This document shows positions 26,579 to 39,736 of a stretch of 64,000 nt of DNA, piece by piece (within the stretch, counting starts at the first letter, position 1; each line of letters starts with the position of its first letter). The position numbers and the translations under genes were made by a program. Below the pieces are notes generated by a model. That model saw only the letters and a list, made by a program, of their open reading frames with translations. It was not told the DNA's origin and did not search any database. This stretch comes from Kudoa neothunni (lineage: Eukaryota > Animalia > Cnidaria), in contig OZ199838.1 in assembly GCA_964304625.1 (NCBI GenBank), positions 5,934,443-5,998,442 on the forward strand, in the 5' to 3' direction.

Positions 26579-26755
26579 CCATTGTATATTATTTTTTGTC
26601 ATTTCGGAAATAAATTTCTTTGTTCGGGCAGCTTTTTGCATCGTATTAAACTAAAGGATTAAATCACATCCAATTCAGAAAAGAAAAATAAATTTTTACA
26701 AAGGGGACACGAATTGGACGTAAAATATTAATTATCTTAAAATAAATATTTACTA

Positions 26756-27439
26756 CAATGGGTGAGGGGTGGTTCGTAATTTCTAAGGGTGCTCGCGCGA
26801 CATTATGGAGGAAAAAATGCTGCAAATCAACTATAATAATAAATTATTTTTAAGGAAATTACTCAGTTATAGTAATATTTTTAAGTTTTCTGACAATTAT
26901 ATTGTGATCTTCTCGTTCAATATCCATTTGATGTTTACAACTATTAAAACATGATATTTCAAGTAATGTCTTAAACCAGACAAATGAAAGAGGCGACTTT
27001 GAATGGGATAATTTTTCTTTCTTCGTTGTCGTCAAATTTACGAAAATTTTCATCTTTGTTACAGTTACCATCACTTATAAATTTACTAATTTTGGCGTCA
27101 CTTTCAATGTTGTTTCCGCTCCATGCCTTCACTGTTTCTGGAAAAACTTTATTAATTCATATTTCTCTGTTAATGTCCTAACTCAATTTTAATTTCTGTC
27201 CTTATTTCGCCACCAATCGAAAACAATAATCACAACGCACCTGGAAAATTACTAACCAACCACACGTCACTACAAAATATCCATAAATAACACAATTAAT
27301 TTAAAAATATTTTATTTATATTCTTAATGGTCAAATAAATGTTTTTAAATAATTTGAGAAATAAATAACTAAGTATAATCTTATTTGTACGTTAATTTTG
27401 TAACATTTTCTCAAATTACGAATCGCCCCTCACCCACTG
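26756..27439. mobile_element. TA-flanked MITE (~685 bp)
   Basis: TIRs CAATGGGTGAGGGGTGGTTCGTAATTT / AAATTACGAATCGCCCCTCACCCACTG with TA on both sides. Confidence 0.8.
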
Positions 27440-28590
27440 TAACATATTTTTTTATTGGTCAGGGGTGGGCAAATATATTTCTGCGCGCGCCGGATTTTTA
27501 TAAAGAAAATAAATCTGATCACAGTTCTGAAAAACAATTATTTAAAAGAATTTAATATTCAAATAAACTGAACTGCATTTTAACTAAAATTTAATGAAAA
27601 ATATAATTTTTTTTAAGTACTGCACAGATATGGTGGGAAATAAGACAAACAGCGTTTGGTTAGTATATATATATATAAATCAATACATTTCAATGAAATC
27701 TTTGTTAAAAACAAGGCGTCCGTTATCAATTTTTCGCTTTCCGGAATCCTATGTGGTTATAATTAAACGTCTCGTGAATGAATAACATGTTTATTCGGTT
27801 TACCAATTATTTTATCAGCATAATTGAAAGCGATAAAAAAAAATTTCACAAACAAATAAAAAATTGGATGGCTTATTTAGGGTCATTTTGTATAGATTAT
27901 TTAATTAGGAAGTTCGTAGTGACATAATTTCCTTGCTTGAAGTAGGGCTAATATATTTACTATAAGCGCCATTCCATAATATATAAATAACAGAGTTTAT
28001 TTCCACAATTTTTCAAATTTTTTATCCCACATAGCTTGTGTGACGCCGCATATTCCCGTTAATTCATATGTTTCATTCCTTCAAACAGTCTAAATATTGT
28101 TGGCTAAATTTAATAATAATTCGTTTTTCTAATTGTAAACGTAACGCAAATAAATATTAAACTAGAGTGTAAAAAATATGGCAGCTTCATGTTAACGGAT
28201 GAATTCATGTTAATCTGACTTTAAAAATATCCTAGAGATGACCTAGAACCATCATCTACCAACAATATATAAACTCTGCAGTAAACTTGCTATTGTTCCC
28301 CAATGACCGAGTAAAACATTATAGGGCAAGCTCTTGCTCCCATCTGTTCTAGATTCCTCTAGAAAACCTCAGAAGGGTCTGAAATGTTAAAAAAAATTTA
28401 TTTAAAAGATAGTATTTAAATTAATTGTTATGTCAAATCGTTAACGCTTTAATATAATTATTTATCCTAGGGTCAAATATAATAACAATACGTGCTCATA
28501 AAAAATGACATATATATAAGTGAATTTACAACAATAATTTAGTTGTCTTCATGCCGATTAACATAGCTTTTAAGAAGTAAACTTTTCTCT

Positions 28591-28704
28591 GGGGTCACTT
28601 CTGACCCCAAACTCAGTACGAATATTGAGTCATTTAAAATTAAATTAAATGGTCAAACATAATTTTTCCAATCACTGAATTAAATTAGGGATTCAAAGGG
28701 TTAA
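28591..28704. mobile_element. piggyBac-type terminal fragment
   Basis: Subterminal palindrome GGGGTCACTTCTGACCCC followed by a ...AAAGGG|TTAA end. Confidence 0.5.
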
Positions 28705-29040
28705 GCCATTAAAAATTAAACGTGAATCAAATCATGCTACATTACTACCCAAATCAACAAATCTTCCCTACCAATTGTAATTTTAAATCTCTCATTCGAT
28801 GGAAAAAAGATCCACTCACTCAACAAATCAACCAAAGTGGCAATTGGAATGACAACTACAACAATTAAATACGAACAATACAAACGTTAATAAAACAGCG
28901 TTTGCTAATGGATACTGTTGCGAGGGAATAAAAACACAACACCCATAGAAAACAAAACGTATACACACATGGAACTCACTACTTACATAATTAATTACAT
29001 CATAAAATGTATCAAAGAAGTGCCAAAAATAGCAAAACAA

Positions 29041-30503
29041 TTATAAAAAATACTCTGGAATAACTTTCTTTTCCGGGTGCATTCTCTCAGGCTGAACATA
29101 GATTAATGCGATGCAAAAGTAACGAAAGATCACCTCAGATTTAGTGTCAAAAATGATAAAGCGCTTGTTCAAGTTTTCATCCAACTTGAGGATAGAGGCG
29201 ATATTACCACATCTACAAACGTAAACTAATCGAAAAATGTACAACAACAATAAAAACCTATAGCAGTAATTTGGAGCTGACCAAATTGTATGGAGTTTCC
29301 CACCGAAATGTGTCTTATATCCTTCATTGACGAGTTGATGAGCTCGACAAATGAATTCAATATTGTTGGTATGATTGAATTTTTCGACGATATCACCACC
29401 GAATTGGAAGCCAGCACCTCTTGGGCTCAAACTCCAACCTTCGATCTCCTCCGGATCGGACCACAACAAATCGCACATGATGCCATCATGTGGCACCTCT
29501 TGTTTGCGATCGATTGCACGTATCTATACGAAACAAATGGTTGAACGGATAGAATTAAAAAAAAAGAAGCAATGAGATTACGTAGTCAAGGTGAGTTAAA
29601 CTTGGAGACAAGCCACCATGAACACAAAACACCTAAAATACATATCAACGTCAATTTAAACAATAACGAATGAGCCGTCAATATTATGTAGTTACTTTCT
29701 CGTCGATCAACGCCGATAAACTTATATAATCAAACAATTCAGTGCAATATATCCAAACAGTTGATGAGCCATATTTACGAACACATTCGTCATAGAAACC
29801 GTATGCCTACAATTTGTGAACTAGACTCAATCATCGAAAAGTACTTGAGTAATTTGACGGCATTCATGATTGCCTCTGATCAGAAATATATTATTGGGAT
29901 ATTTGATCTATAACCATGAGAACATTTGATATTAATGATTAACAACCAAACGACGGGTATATACTTTGAGAAGTATTAGAAATATAAACGTTTCCAACGA
30001 ATAGAATCCACGATCAACAAAATCTCCCAAGAACAAATATTTAGTGTCTTTATAATCTCCACCAGTCTATATTTTGACAATTAGAAACAATATACAACCG
30101 ACATCTAAATTGAGAGGAACCAATTACATTGAATAATTCCAACAGATCATGAAACTGGCCATGAATATCACCACAAATCTACATGACAAAATGTACCGGC
30201 ATAGAAACTACTTTTGTTGGTTACTGTGATTGGTGTTGTTAGTGTCAACACATTACCTTCCTCAACAAACAAATCTCTGGCCCTCCAACATATACTTTTA
30301 ATCTCATTCTCAGTGAGCAATTTAAAATTTATAACCCGTTCAATCTGACTAAATATAATTAGATTAGATGGCCTTTAGCGGTTGGCCAATTACTCATCTA
30401 TGTCCGCGATATCTGATGATGAAACATCAGAAAAACCATTTGTACCAATCATATCAGTAGTTCTAATACAACCGTTGGTGCGATCACACCCTGGATCAAC
30501 CAT
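29041..30503 (-). CDS. PPP4C: Serine/threonine protein phosphatase 4 catalytic subunit (PP2A-like family), 10 exons
   Basis: [50 protein letters not shown] and C-terminal EYFL. Nine GT-AG introns of about 38-63 nt keep the frame. Confidence 0.92.
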
Positions 30504-31179
30504 AACGAACACTAACACCGACGATAGGCGCGCGAATACGATGTTGTTTTAAAACCGATTTTCCGCGTAAATATAAACTCTATGAGGTTAATAAATCTAA
30601 TCGGTTGTTTTTGTTTGTTACATTTTAGTTATCGGTTGATTCCAATAGTCAGAGCGCGAAACGAAGTCTTTTCGTGCGGTTGCGCGCGCGTGCCAATTTT
30701 AAGATATCATCGTTGTTGAAGAATAAATTTTTAGATCATCTTCTAAATAGTGGAGTTGACAAATATATAAAAAAATCTAATTCAGTAGGTGACTGCTAAT
30801 TCATAGCTTTATTTAAAACTTTATCCATCCGGTTTAATTTATCAAATAACATTTATTCTAGACTCGTAATTAAATATAAGAGTTATTTTTTGATTTTATA
30901 GAATACAAAGTTAAAAATCGTGTAATTACTGATAATTCATAGTGATGGATAGCACGCATTGTTTGCGCTTGCGCGGGAAAAAAAGATATTGAACATAAAA
31001 TTAGTTATAACTTAAATATTAATGAAAAGACGACTGTTTTTTTGTTTAATTTCGATTTAACGATGAATAAACATCTGGAATAGAATTAGACATTAACTCA
31101 CACTTTTTTGAGACATGATGTTTAAAATAGTTTCCAAGCCTTTCTAAATAAAATTAGAACATCTCTGAATTATCGATGA

Positions 31180-31567
31180 GGGACTGTCATTGCGCCATTG
31201 TTATTTCTATGAATTAAGGAAGATATCATTATAAACCACATCACTATGTGTCGTCAACATGTGTCTATGTCTATGCTTCATTTTCCAACTAGCTACCACA
31301 TTGATGTAACTATAAAAACTTATTAATTGTTTGATCGTGGTAAAAAAAGAAAGAAAACGCTTAATTTAATCACGCGATCAAAGCAAAAAGGTACGTACGA
31401 CCGATCCTCGCGTGACTTTTTATTTTTCGTTTTTTCGTAGTAACTATGCCTATAAATTGTTTAATGCGTGAAATTCTAACATTATATAGCTTTGTAAATC
31501 ATTTAAAATACTAAAGAACCTTTTGATATGTAAAATAACTAATGTACGTACGACCGGTCCATTACTG
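31180..31567. mobile_element. Truncated second copy of the 19796-20516 MITE
   Basis: Direct similarity to 20129-20516, including the right TIR TACGTACGACCGGTCCATTACTG|TA. Confidence 0.8.
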
Positions 31568-32399
31568 TAATTCATTACATGTTTTGGTAAAAATTGACCG
31601 ATAATTCGTAAATTCTTCCAATTGCCTGAAAAAAAGAATTCAGAAATGCTGAACGTTTTCAGAGAAATATTATATAATTAAATATTATGATAGTTTTCCG
31701 CCCTTAAATAGAAAGGCGGCAACTATTAAACATTTCAAACAGGTTATATTTCAACTTTAAATGGCATTTTAGAAAAATGGGCTCAAATTAAAAGGGGAAT
31801 TTGAAAGTCAATTACTTTTAGATAAACGAAGATCAATGCGCGGAAAGGAAAAGATGGTGATGCTGATAATGAGTTAAAAAATGTTAATTATTAATGATGT
31901 ATCTTTTTATACAGTAAACCAATACCTAATAGATTTCAATTATTCATCTAATAAGATTGTGTCTTTGGTTTGACGAAAAAATATTTCTCGAGAAATTGCT
32001 GCATAAGTTTTAATTTTTATTTTATCTTGTAATGGTCTTTGGGATAAAATTTACCCCATGTTTTTTGATTAAAAATATTTCAAAGAATATAAACAATTTT
32101 GAACTTAAATATAATAAAATTCCTATGAGTAGTTTTTATAGAAAGTAAGGAATGTTAGATAGATTAATTAAATTGCATGCGAGAATTATATGAAAATGTG
32201 TGATTTCTAATGGTTTCATTGATGAACTTTGTTTATTAGAGAATGAACATCATATTGTTGACGAAAATGTCTTCTTACCCCTGTTACTTGCTGAAGAATT
32301 GCTGGAAAAAATTTACCATGGAGACATTACGTTAAAAACTAGAGATACCACCATGCCTCCAATCATCACCAAATAGAACTCGTTGTGGCAGCATTTTTA

Positions 32400-32680
32400 T
32401 ATTCTGTGAAAAGTATGTTGGTATTTTATGTTCCCAATAAATCAAAATGCGTGATTTTCTTAAAGAAATCGCTGAACAATTATACAAAACATTGTTGACA
32501 ACAAACTCCACACATAAAACAATCAAAACAGGTTCTAGCATTGTTTACACTTCCCAACAGGAACCTCTTCTTAATGTAAAGCGAACGACATGTGGATACA
32601 GTGAGAGGAAAAATGATAAAAAATCTCCTAAATAGCGCGAATATTGTTATAAATTTTATTATCCATTTCACGCATTTGAA
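32400..32680 (+). pseudogene. piggyBac transposase C-terminal remnant
   Basis: RDFLKEIAEQL...KRTTCGYSERKNDKK resembles the cysteine-rich C-terminal domain. Confidence 0.5.
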
Positions 32681-32891
32681 AACCGTTTTAATTTGGCATA
32701 ACTTTTAAGAATTCTTTTTATGTTTTATTTTAATATTTCAACTGGAACAACACGTTCAATTCCCCTGAATTAACGCAATTACTTTATTAATGAACGTAGA
32801 TGTGTACCGACATAAGACCGATTGGAACACTCAACTTATTAAAATTCTTGAATATTATAAGGTGGATGAAATATATATATATATATATATT

Positions 32892-33422
32892 GTCGATGAG
32901 ACCGCGCTATTCTATCGATTAATACCTCGTAAGTGATTCCAAAACATGATTATTTTGTTCGAATAAATTGTTTTACATACATTAAATGAAACACAACATT
33001 TTTAATAATATCATTTCCATTATAACAATTATTTTTGGCGCGCCAAAGGAATGCTTTATTATTTTCTCGGTTTGAACTAAATTATGCAATATTATTAAAT
33101 CAATGATCCTAAATTCTCTTCTAAAGATTTCCTCTAATGTTTGTCAAAAATTTAAAAATATTTTTCAGAGGTGCTGGTTATTCTGTAGATGATGAACTGG
33201 TGGAATTAGAGTCATATGTGTATGAGAATATTGAAAAACTCAAAAACAATCTAAAATAACAGATTATTTTAGAAAGTCATAAAAATTAAATAAAACATGT
33301 AAATTTTTCATTGGTTTTTTATCATGCATGCGCACGAAGCTATTACGAATTACACGTTAGTGACGTCCAGTTAATAATTTCCCCCAGCCCCGAGGGGATT
33401 GCGAATTAGCGGTCACCGACTG
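32892..33422 (+). mobile_element. pogo/Tigger 3' remnant
   Basis: VDETALFYRLIP motif followed by a GTAAGT donor; right TIR ...GCGGTCACCGACTG|TA. Confidence 0.5.
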
Positions 33423-35491
33423 TAATCTATTGGGGTGCTCAATGAATCAAACCGCAGTACGAATTTCCACGTATCTTTTGCTGATCTTAGTAAGCTATTA
33501 GAAAATATATAAATCAAATATGGCCAGAATACGATATATCCAAAATAATATTGAACGAAAAAGTTGATGATATAGTTAAACTCTGGAGTTTGATATTTAT
33601 CATTACACTTGGAAATTTTCTTCATTGGCTATGAGTTCTAAGTCTGTCCTAATTTCCAATGATACATATATACGTGCATATATATATATATATATATATA
33701 AAGTTAATTATATTTTGTATATGAATTACTTTTAGGTTATATTCATCAAATGATTTGAAATATTCAACCCATATCGAGATTAATCAGTTAAAGTTTGCAA
33801 AAAATACCATAAATTATGATTGTTGTTGTTCATGGCAAAAGTAAATGTTCCAAAATGATTACAAATTAATAATAAATTAAAGTGATGATTTTCGTATACT
33901 GCGCGCTCGTTTTAAAGAAGGCGTTTTTTCTCTAAATATGAGAGCCTAATAAAATTTGGCTTTACTACCACTGGAGTTTGTTACAGTGGAATAGCGACGG
34001 ATAGACTCTAATTATATTTTGTTATTGGATTATAACTGTGGAAGTTTCGAGTTCAAACTACCCCTAATAAAGGCACTGCTTTTATAATTTCTTTCTTATT
34101 TTGTAACGGAAGCTGTGGTCAGAGTGTACGCTCATAGTTTTTTTGTGATGCATTTGCATTTGTAGTTCAATAAAATGGAAAGGTCGGATTAAACGTGTGA
34201 ATCACCCTGGGTGTATTGGTTATTAATTAAAAGAAGAGAGTGGGTCCCACAGAACCATCGCTATTACGCCGAAGGGTTAGTTAAGTGTTTCCCAACTTGG
34301 GGTGCGCGGACGGATTTAAGGAGATACGTGAGAAAACTTTTACTCTTAAAAAATGTCCCCCATAAAATTCAGCTTTACGTAAGTTCCTGATTAAAATAAA
34401 AGGCGACTTCAAAAACATAATTCTGGAACAATAAGATCATAAATATATCTGTTTTATATACTTAGAGGTTCTTATTCATTTAGTTTATCTAGCCAGAAGT
34501 CCGTGAACTAATTAAGCAGGGAAACATTGAGTTAGGACTTGGATGGTGATGAAACTAAAACAAAGATATATAATAGATTAAACTTCCTTATTACCACAGA
34601 ATGATAGAGTGAGATGTTATATGCTTTTCATTGCGATGCCTACGACGTTTGTTAAGCCGACATGACTTTTTAACGTAATAAACAATAAGTTGCACTCAGA
34701 TTTTTACTTTTTGATAAAAAATTATAAGTAATTTTAATTATTTTTTGAAATAAAGTATAAATTTCCCGAATTATAAATTCATTATACACAAAAGTTCGAC
34801 TTGAATTACTTTAGCACTATCCGCTTAACAATTCGTTCAAAAAGTAGCGCTTAGCTAGTGGAAATATGATTTATAAATACTTCGGAAATACTTAAAATAA
34901 TCAACGAACGAAAAATTGGGTATGATTGGATTTTTAAATTTAAAAAAAATATGTATCGAAGTATTGTAAGGCGATTTGGCGTTTATAAGGTAATTTAAAT
35001 TAATAATTTCCTGTGATTAAATTTTTCGCATTCGTTACTTCAATAATATTTGGCGTGATTTTATAAGGTTCAAGAATTTAAGGAGTCAAACTTAACGTCT
35101 CAGTAGCGCTAAATACTTACCAATATTTATACTTTTACTATAAATTTACTCAAATGGATGATAAATGTTTCTCTATTTATAATTAGTAAATAATTTTGTA
35201 GTCATTGGAATGAATTATCCATCTAATCATTACAAAATAAGGCACGCAAAACATAAAACCCATCACAAAAAAACACAAAAGGGTCTTTATAATTAAATTT
35301 ATTCACTTGTGACTATTACTAAAAAACGAAATATAAATCATAGGTTGTGGAAATTGCATCATCAAATCATAGATGAATTAAAAGTCGGAAATTTATAAAA
35401 AAGTAGCTATATTTAAAAACAATAATTGTTCGAATAGAAATTTTTATATTGAAAATCAACATGAATGAATATTAAGAATGTGATGATGTAA

Positions 35492-37088
35492 TCTATATTT
35501 ATATACATAATAAAGTTCTTATGTTTGTCCGTGTGTGTGTGTGTCAGTTTGCAGTAGTACGCATGTGCCACGGAGAAATTTTCTTTAAATATTGCTGTAA
35601 GTTTGTATTTGAATAGATAAAACCATTAATGAAAATCGATCATTCATTTAGAAGTATAAATATAGTCAATAACACAGTCCGAAGTAAGGAATTTTCTGGT
35701 TGTCTTCACAAATAGAAGATTAAAAACACCTGAATAATATTGATATTAGTTTACTTCTGATTGATAGCCAATTAATATGAACTTTTACTCACTATATAGA
35801 AAAAGAGTCTCTTAATTATGGTATAGAATATTCTAAAAATTTTACATACGCCTGTTCGGAGCACTTTTGAGACAAATAAACCTATTAACGTTACATTTAC
35901 AAGAGTTGTCATATTTCCCTTAAAATTTGAAGCATAAACAAGTTATTTGGTATGTATTTTCTCATTTCGAGCGTTATGGATATAGTTAAGCAAAAAAGAT
36001 TATAATCATTTTAAATAAAACACATAATTCGAGTCTCTATATGTATCCTAATTATTCCTTACCCTAGACCTTGAGGTTAATATTCAAATCAATATACTGT
36101 TTTCTTTATGTTCGAATTAATTTATTATGATATAAAAGCTGCATAAAAATACAGTCTCTTCTCAATGCGTGCCATGTAAGTTAATAAGAAATTATTGGTT
36201 TATTCGATCTAACCGATATTTTCACAAAGTTTTCGTTAATCTGAGAATAGTTCAGTACGAAGAGATTTTTTTAGGGCAGTCAAACAGTACGTTAATTTTT
36301 AAAAAGGTGCATCCCTCAAGAAAACCAGTTGACGTTTAAGCATTACTGCAATTTCTCAAACCAAAAACACCTTTACATTTTGGATTTAATCGGATTTTGT
36401 TAATTAAATGTGTATATTTTTGAACCAGTAAGTATTCTTGATAAAAAGCAAGGTTGGATTTATTTATAAATAGGGAAATTTTGTTACAGTAATGAATACG
36501 TAAGTTACTGCTCACAGCTTTTCAAAACATCAATGGCATCATTATAAATTGCGATAAAAGGAGTAACAATTACTATTTATATTTCGGGGGCATCTTAAGT
36601 TGATTTTATTTTTTTTATCGTTTGTAGACTAATAATAAATTTTATAATTAGAAGGATTAATTTTTATCACAAAATTTTGAAAAGAACTGAAAGTCCTATT
36701 TAAGTCGCTTAATGATTTTGTTTCATAAATAGCTGAACTTTAATCGTTAATTACATTTCTTTTATAATTTAGGTCATCGTAGTTTTGGTCAATAATTTGT
36801 AAAATACAGTTAAAATTACCCATTAATTTCTCTCCATACCTCTATTTATATTTGAATGGAAAGTGTGCGCATAATTTCGTTTATCGAAATCATCATATTG
36901 CAAAAATAATGACAAGCTTTAAAATGCATAAATTAAAATTAAAAGTTAAAATTTTCCATCACACTGTACCAGGCAAAACTATGCATTAGCGCCATTTACT
37001 TTAAAATCAAAAAGGCTTTAGTCTGCGCCAGGTGTTAGCCTACTTGACTGGGCAAGGAAGCCTTCGCGAAGCGGGGCTTTTGCGCTAA
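35492..37088 (+). mobile_element. Non-autonomous Helitron
   Basis: A|TCTATA...AATAAAG...TGTCCGTGTGTG 5' end; 3' hairpin CCTTCGCGAAGCGGGG then GCGCTAA|T. Confidence 0.65.
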
Positions 37089-37781
37089 TAAAATATAATT
37101 TCTATAGAATTTTGGAGTTCTATGCACTAATCTCGCATATAACTTGGTCATAAATATATAGATTCTTTTTCTTTAGCATTATAACTTTAGAAACTACTAA
37201 TGGTGTGAAAACATTTATCATCATCGATTTTAGAAACCAAAAGGAGCAAGTTGGTCCCAAAATAGGGTAATTTATATAAATTAGAAAACTCTTAATAGGC
37301 AGAGAAAACTTCTTCATAAGTTAAAAAATATTAATCTAGAATTGATTGAAAATACTCTTATATGTATTACTCGTTATTGTATTACTTTTTAAAAGCTAAA
37401 TAATTAGTCTACATAGTTATTCGCAAGAATCGATTAACATTGAGGAGCCGGGCCCTATTTGGATACAGGATATTCATACATTGTTGAAAGTTAATATTTA
37501 AGCTAATTTTTTATTAGATAAATATCGGAACACCTAATATTTATCAATAAGTTATAAAAAATATATTTCTCAAAAATGATTAATTACAACTCAGAGTTAA
37601 AAACGTATAATACCCAACCACAAACAATCAATGCTAGACGGTAATCCCTTAACACGCAAACAGAAATTCTGTATAACTATTGGAAAATGAAATTTTGTAT
37701 GATAAAACGTTTTATAATGGATAAGTATTTGACGTAGATATTTTTTATTTAACATACATGTCATCTTCATTTATATGTGAA

Positions 37782-38483
37782 CTAGCGTAAAAGCCCCGAT
37801 TCACGTGGGCTTCTTTTCCCGGCCGAGTAGGCTAAAGCCTTGAGTAGTCCAAGGTCATTTGAAGTTCAAAGTAAATTATGAGTATTTAGATAAATAGTAC
37901 AAAGATTATCCAATTAACGGATGGTTTATTTAATTAATTTGACGTATGAACCCTATTTAATATTTTTAAAAACGAATAAATATTACTGAGCGTTTGAATT
38001 TCCTATTTAGGGCTCCTAAAATATCGATTTTCTCCTTATTGTACACAGTAATCTCTAAATCATACCATACGAACAGGATTAATCTTGTTAAACATCAACA
38101 AATGAATTTCATATTAAAGCTTGGCTATATATCCTACTATTACCTTCTTTATTTGAACTCATTCAATTACTAAATTATTTTTTAATAATATAAAGTAAAA
38201 TAAACACTATGGTACGTTTAAAATTAACTTTTAAAACTTTAACAAAATGATCTATATGTTTGCATAAATCCTCAAATCAAACCAATCATACCACGTGAAA
38301 ATGTTTTTAGTTATTTTGTAGGATGCAAACCTTTTATAATTTTTTACGTATTTTTTTGCGTTAAAATAAAATTTTATCTTCCCATATGTGTGCTCAAATA
38401 GAGCGATATGTCTCTCTATAAAGAATGAAAAATGCGTATACACATACACACACCCGGATTAGCGGTTTGCTTTATATAGTGGA
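37782..38483 (-). mobile_element. Non-autonomous Helitron
   Basis: Minus strand A|TCCACTATATAAAG..GTGTGTG 5' end; 3' end AAGCCCACGTGAATCGGGGCTTTTACGCTAG|T of the same family. Confidence 0.7.
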
Positions 38484-38731
38484 TGACTTTGGTATTTTTT
38501 GAATTATCAAATTATTTCAATATTAAAATTGTCGCAAAGGTCAGGTTGTTCTTATAATGTAATAATTTTTATTCAGTGATATACAAGCAATACATAAATA
38601 CATTCAAATATTACAAAAATATTTTGACTACAGTAGAGTTCGTAAATTATTGCATATTGATTTAGTTATGAATTATGTTAACGAAAATTTATTGAGAACA
38701 ATACTCCAACCAAAATCCCTAGTACAGGAAA

Positions 38732-39736
38732 ATGGTTGTGTGTTTTCCACCAAAAAAAATTGATTTATTAACTTGGTTTTGGTACTCTGGAGTATTATTA
38801 AATGCAACTGTCACTATTACAAACCTTATTATGCTGATAATTATAATGAAAAAATTCAACAAACAACGTACCACCTCCAACATATTCATTCTACATCTTG
38901 TATTTATAAGGGCTGGGTTTTCCGTGATTGGACAATTTTTACGGATTCATTCTAGTTATTGTCGTTCGTTCAACTACGTCGACTGCTACATTGTGGTTTG
39001 TACGGCTAAAACGCTAAACTACACTGGTTCATTAACTATTGTTCTCATCACCATAGAACGCTACCTTAAAATAACCAAAGTCAAAATCTACAACAAATAC
39101 TTCACACCAAAAAGAATCACTTTGATGGTCGTTTCGGTTTGGTTGATAGCTGCTGCTTTCGCATACCTTTTGGAACCCAGATGGTCCTACATAATTAATA
39201 TTGATAGCAAAATAACGAACAAATACTGTCGTTTTCGAACTATCAATGGCAAAGTTATGCCTTTGGTTGCCATCCTGACCATACTGTTGTTGCCTCCTAT
39301 TGCAATGGGAATTCTGTACGCGCTCTTGTACAACCATATTAAGGCACGCACAATGAGCACTCAAGGTGGTTTAAGTCAATGTGGTGTAAGTGATAAAAAA
39401 AGAAAAGCTTTCAAAAAATTCACAATCCAAGTCAAAACAGCATTCTATGCAATGACCATGTGCCTAATATACGTGATATTTTTGTATCCAGCTTATATTG
39501 TGACATTTGTGGACACATTACTCAACAGCCTCCCCAAAAAGTCGCGATTTGACCTTCCGATGATCATCTTCAACATCACTTATGCATTACAAACATTTTA
39601 TCCCATGATTGAATCCTCACTATACCTATACATCAACCAGAACATTCGCAATCATGTAAAAATGATTTTCAACTCACGCGCTCCTAGGAAAGTCGAATCA
39701 AGTCTTGAAGACGATGATTCAACCCATGAGAACTAA
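38732..39736 (+). CDS. Intronless class A (rhodopsin-like) GPCR, orphan
   Basis: 334-aa ORF with seven hydrophobic segments, ITIERY at the end of TM3, TM4 W, ECL2 Cys, TM5 P..Y, TM6 FLYP and helix 8 NQNIR. Confidence 0.9.
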   Translation: MVVCFPPKKIDLLTWFWYSGVLLNATVTITNLIMLIIIMKKFNKQRTTSNIFILHLVFIRAGFSVIGQFLRIHSSYCRSFNYVDCYIVVCTAKTLNYTGSLTIVLITIERYLKITKVKIYNKYFTPKRITLMVVSVWLIAAAFAYLLEPRWSYIINIDSKITNKYCRFRTINGKVMPLVAILTILLLPPIAMGILYALLYNHIKARTMSTQGGLSQCGVSDKKRKAFKKFTIQVKTAFYAMTMCLIYVIFLYPAYIVTFVDTLLNSLPKKSRFDLPMIIFNITYALQTFYPMIESSLYLYINQNIRNHVKMIFNSRAPRKVESSLEDDDSTHEN

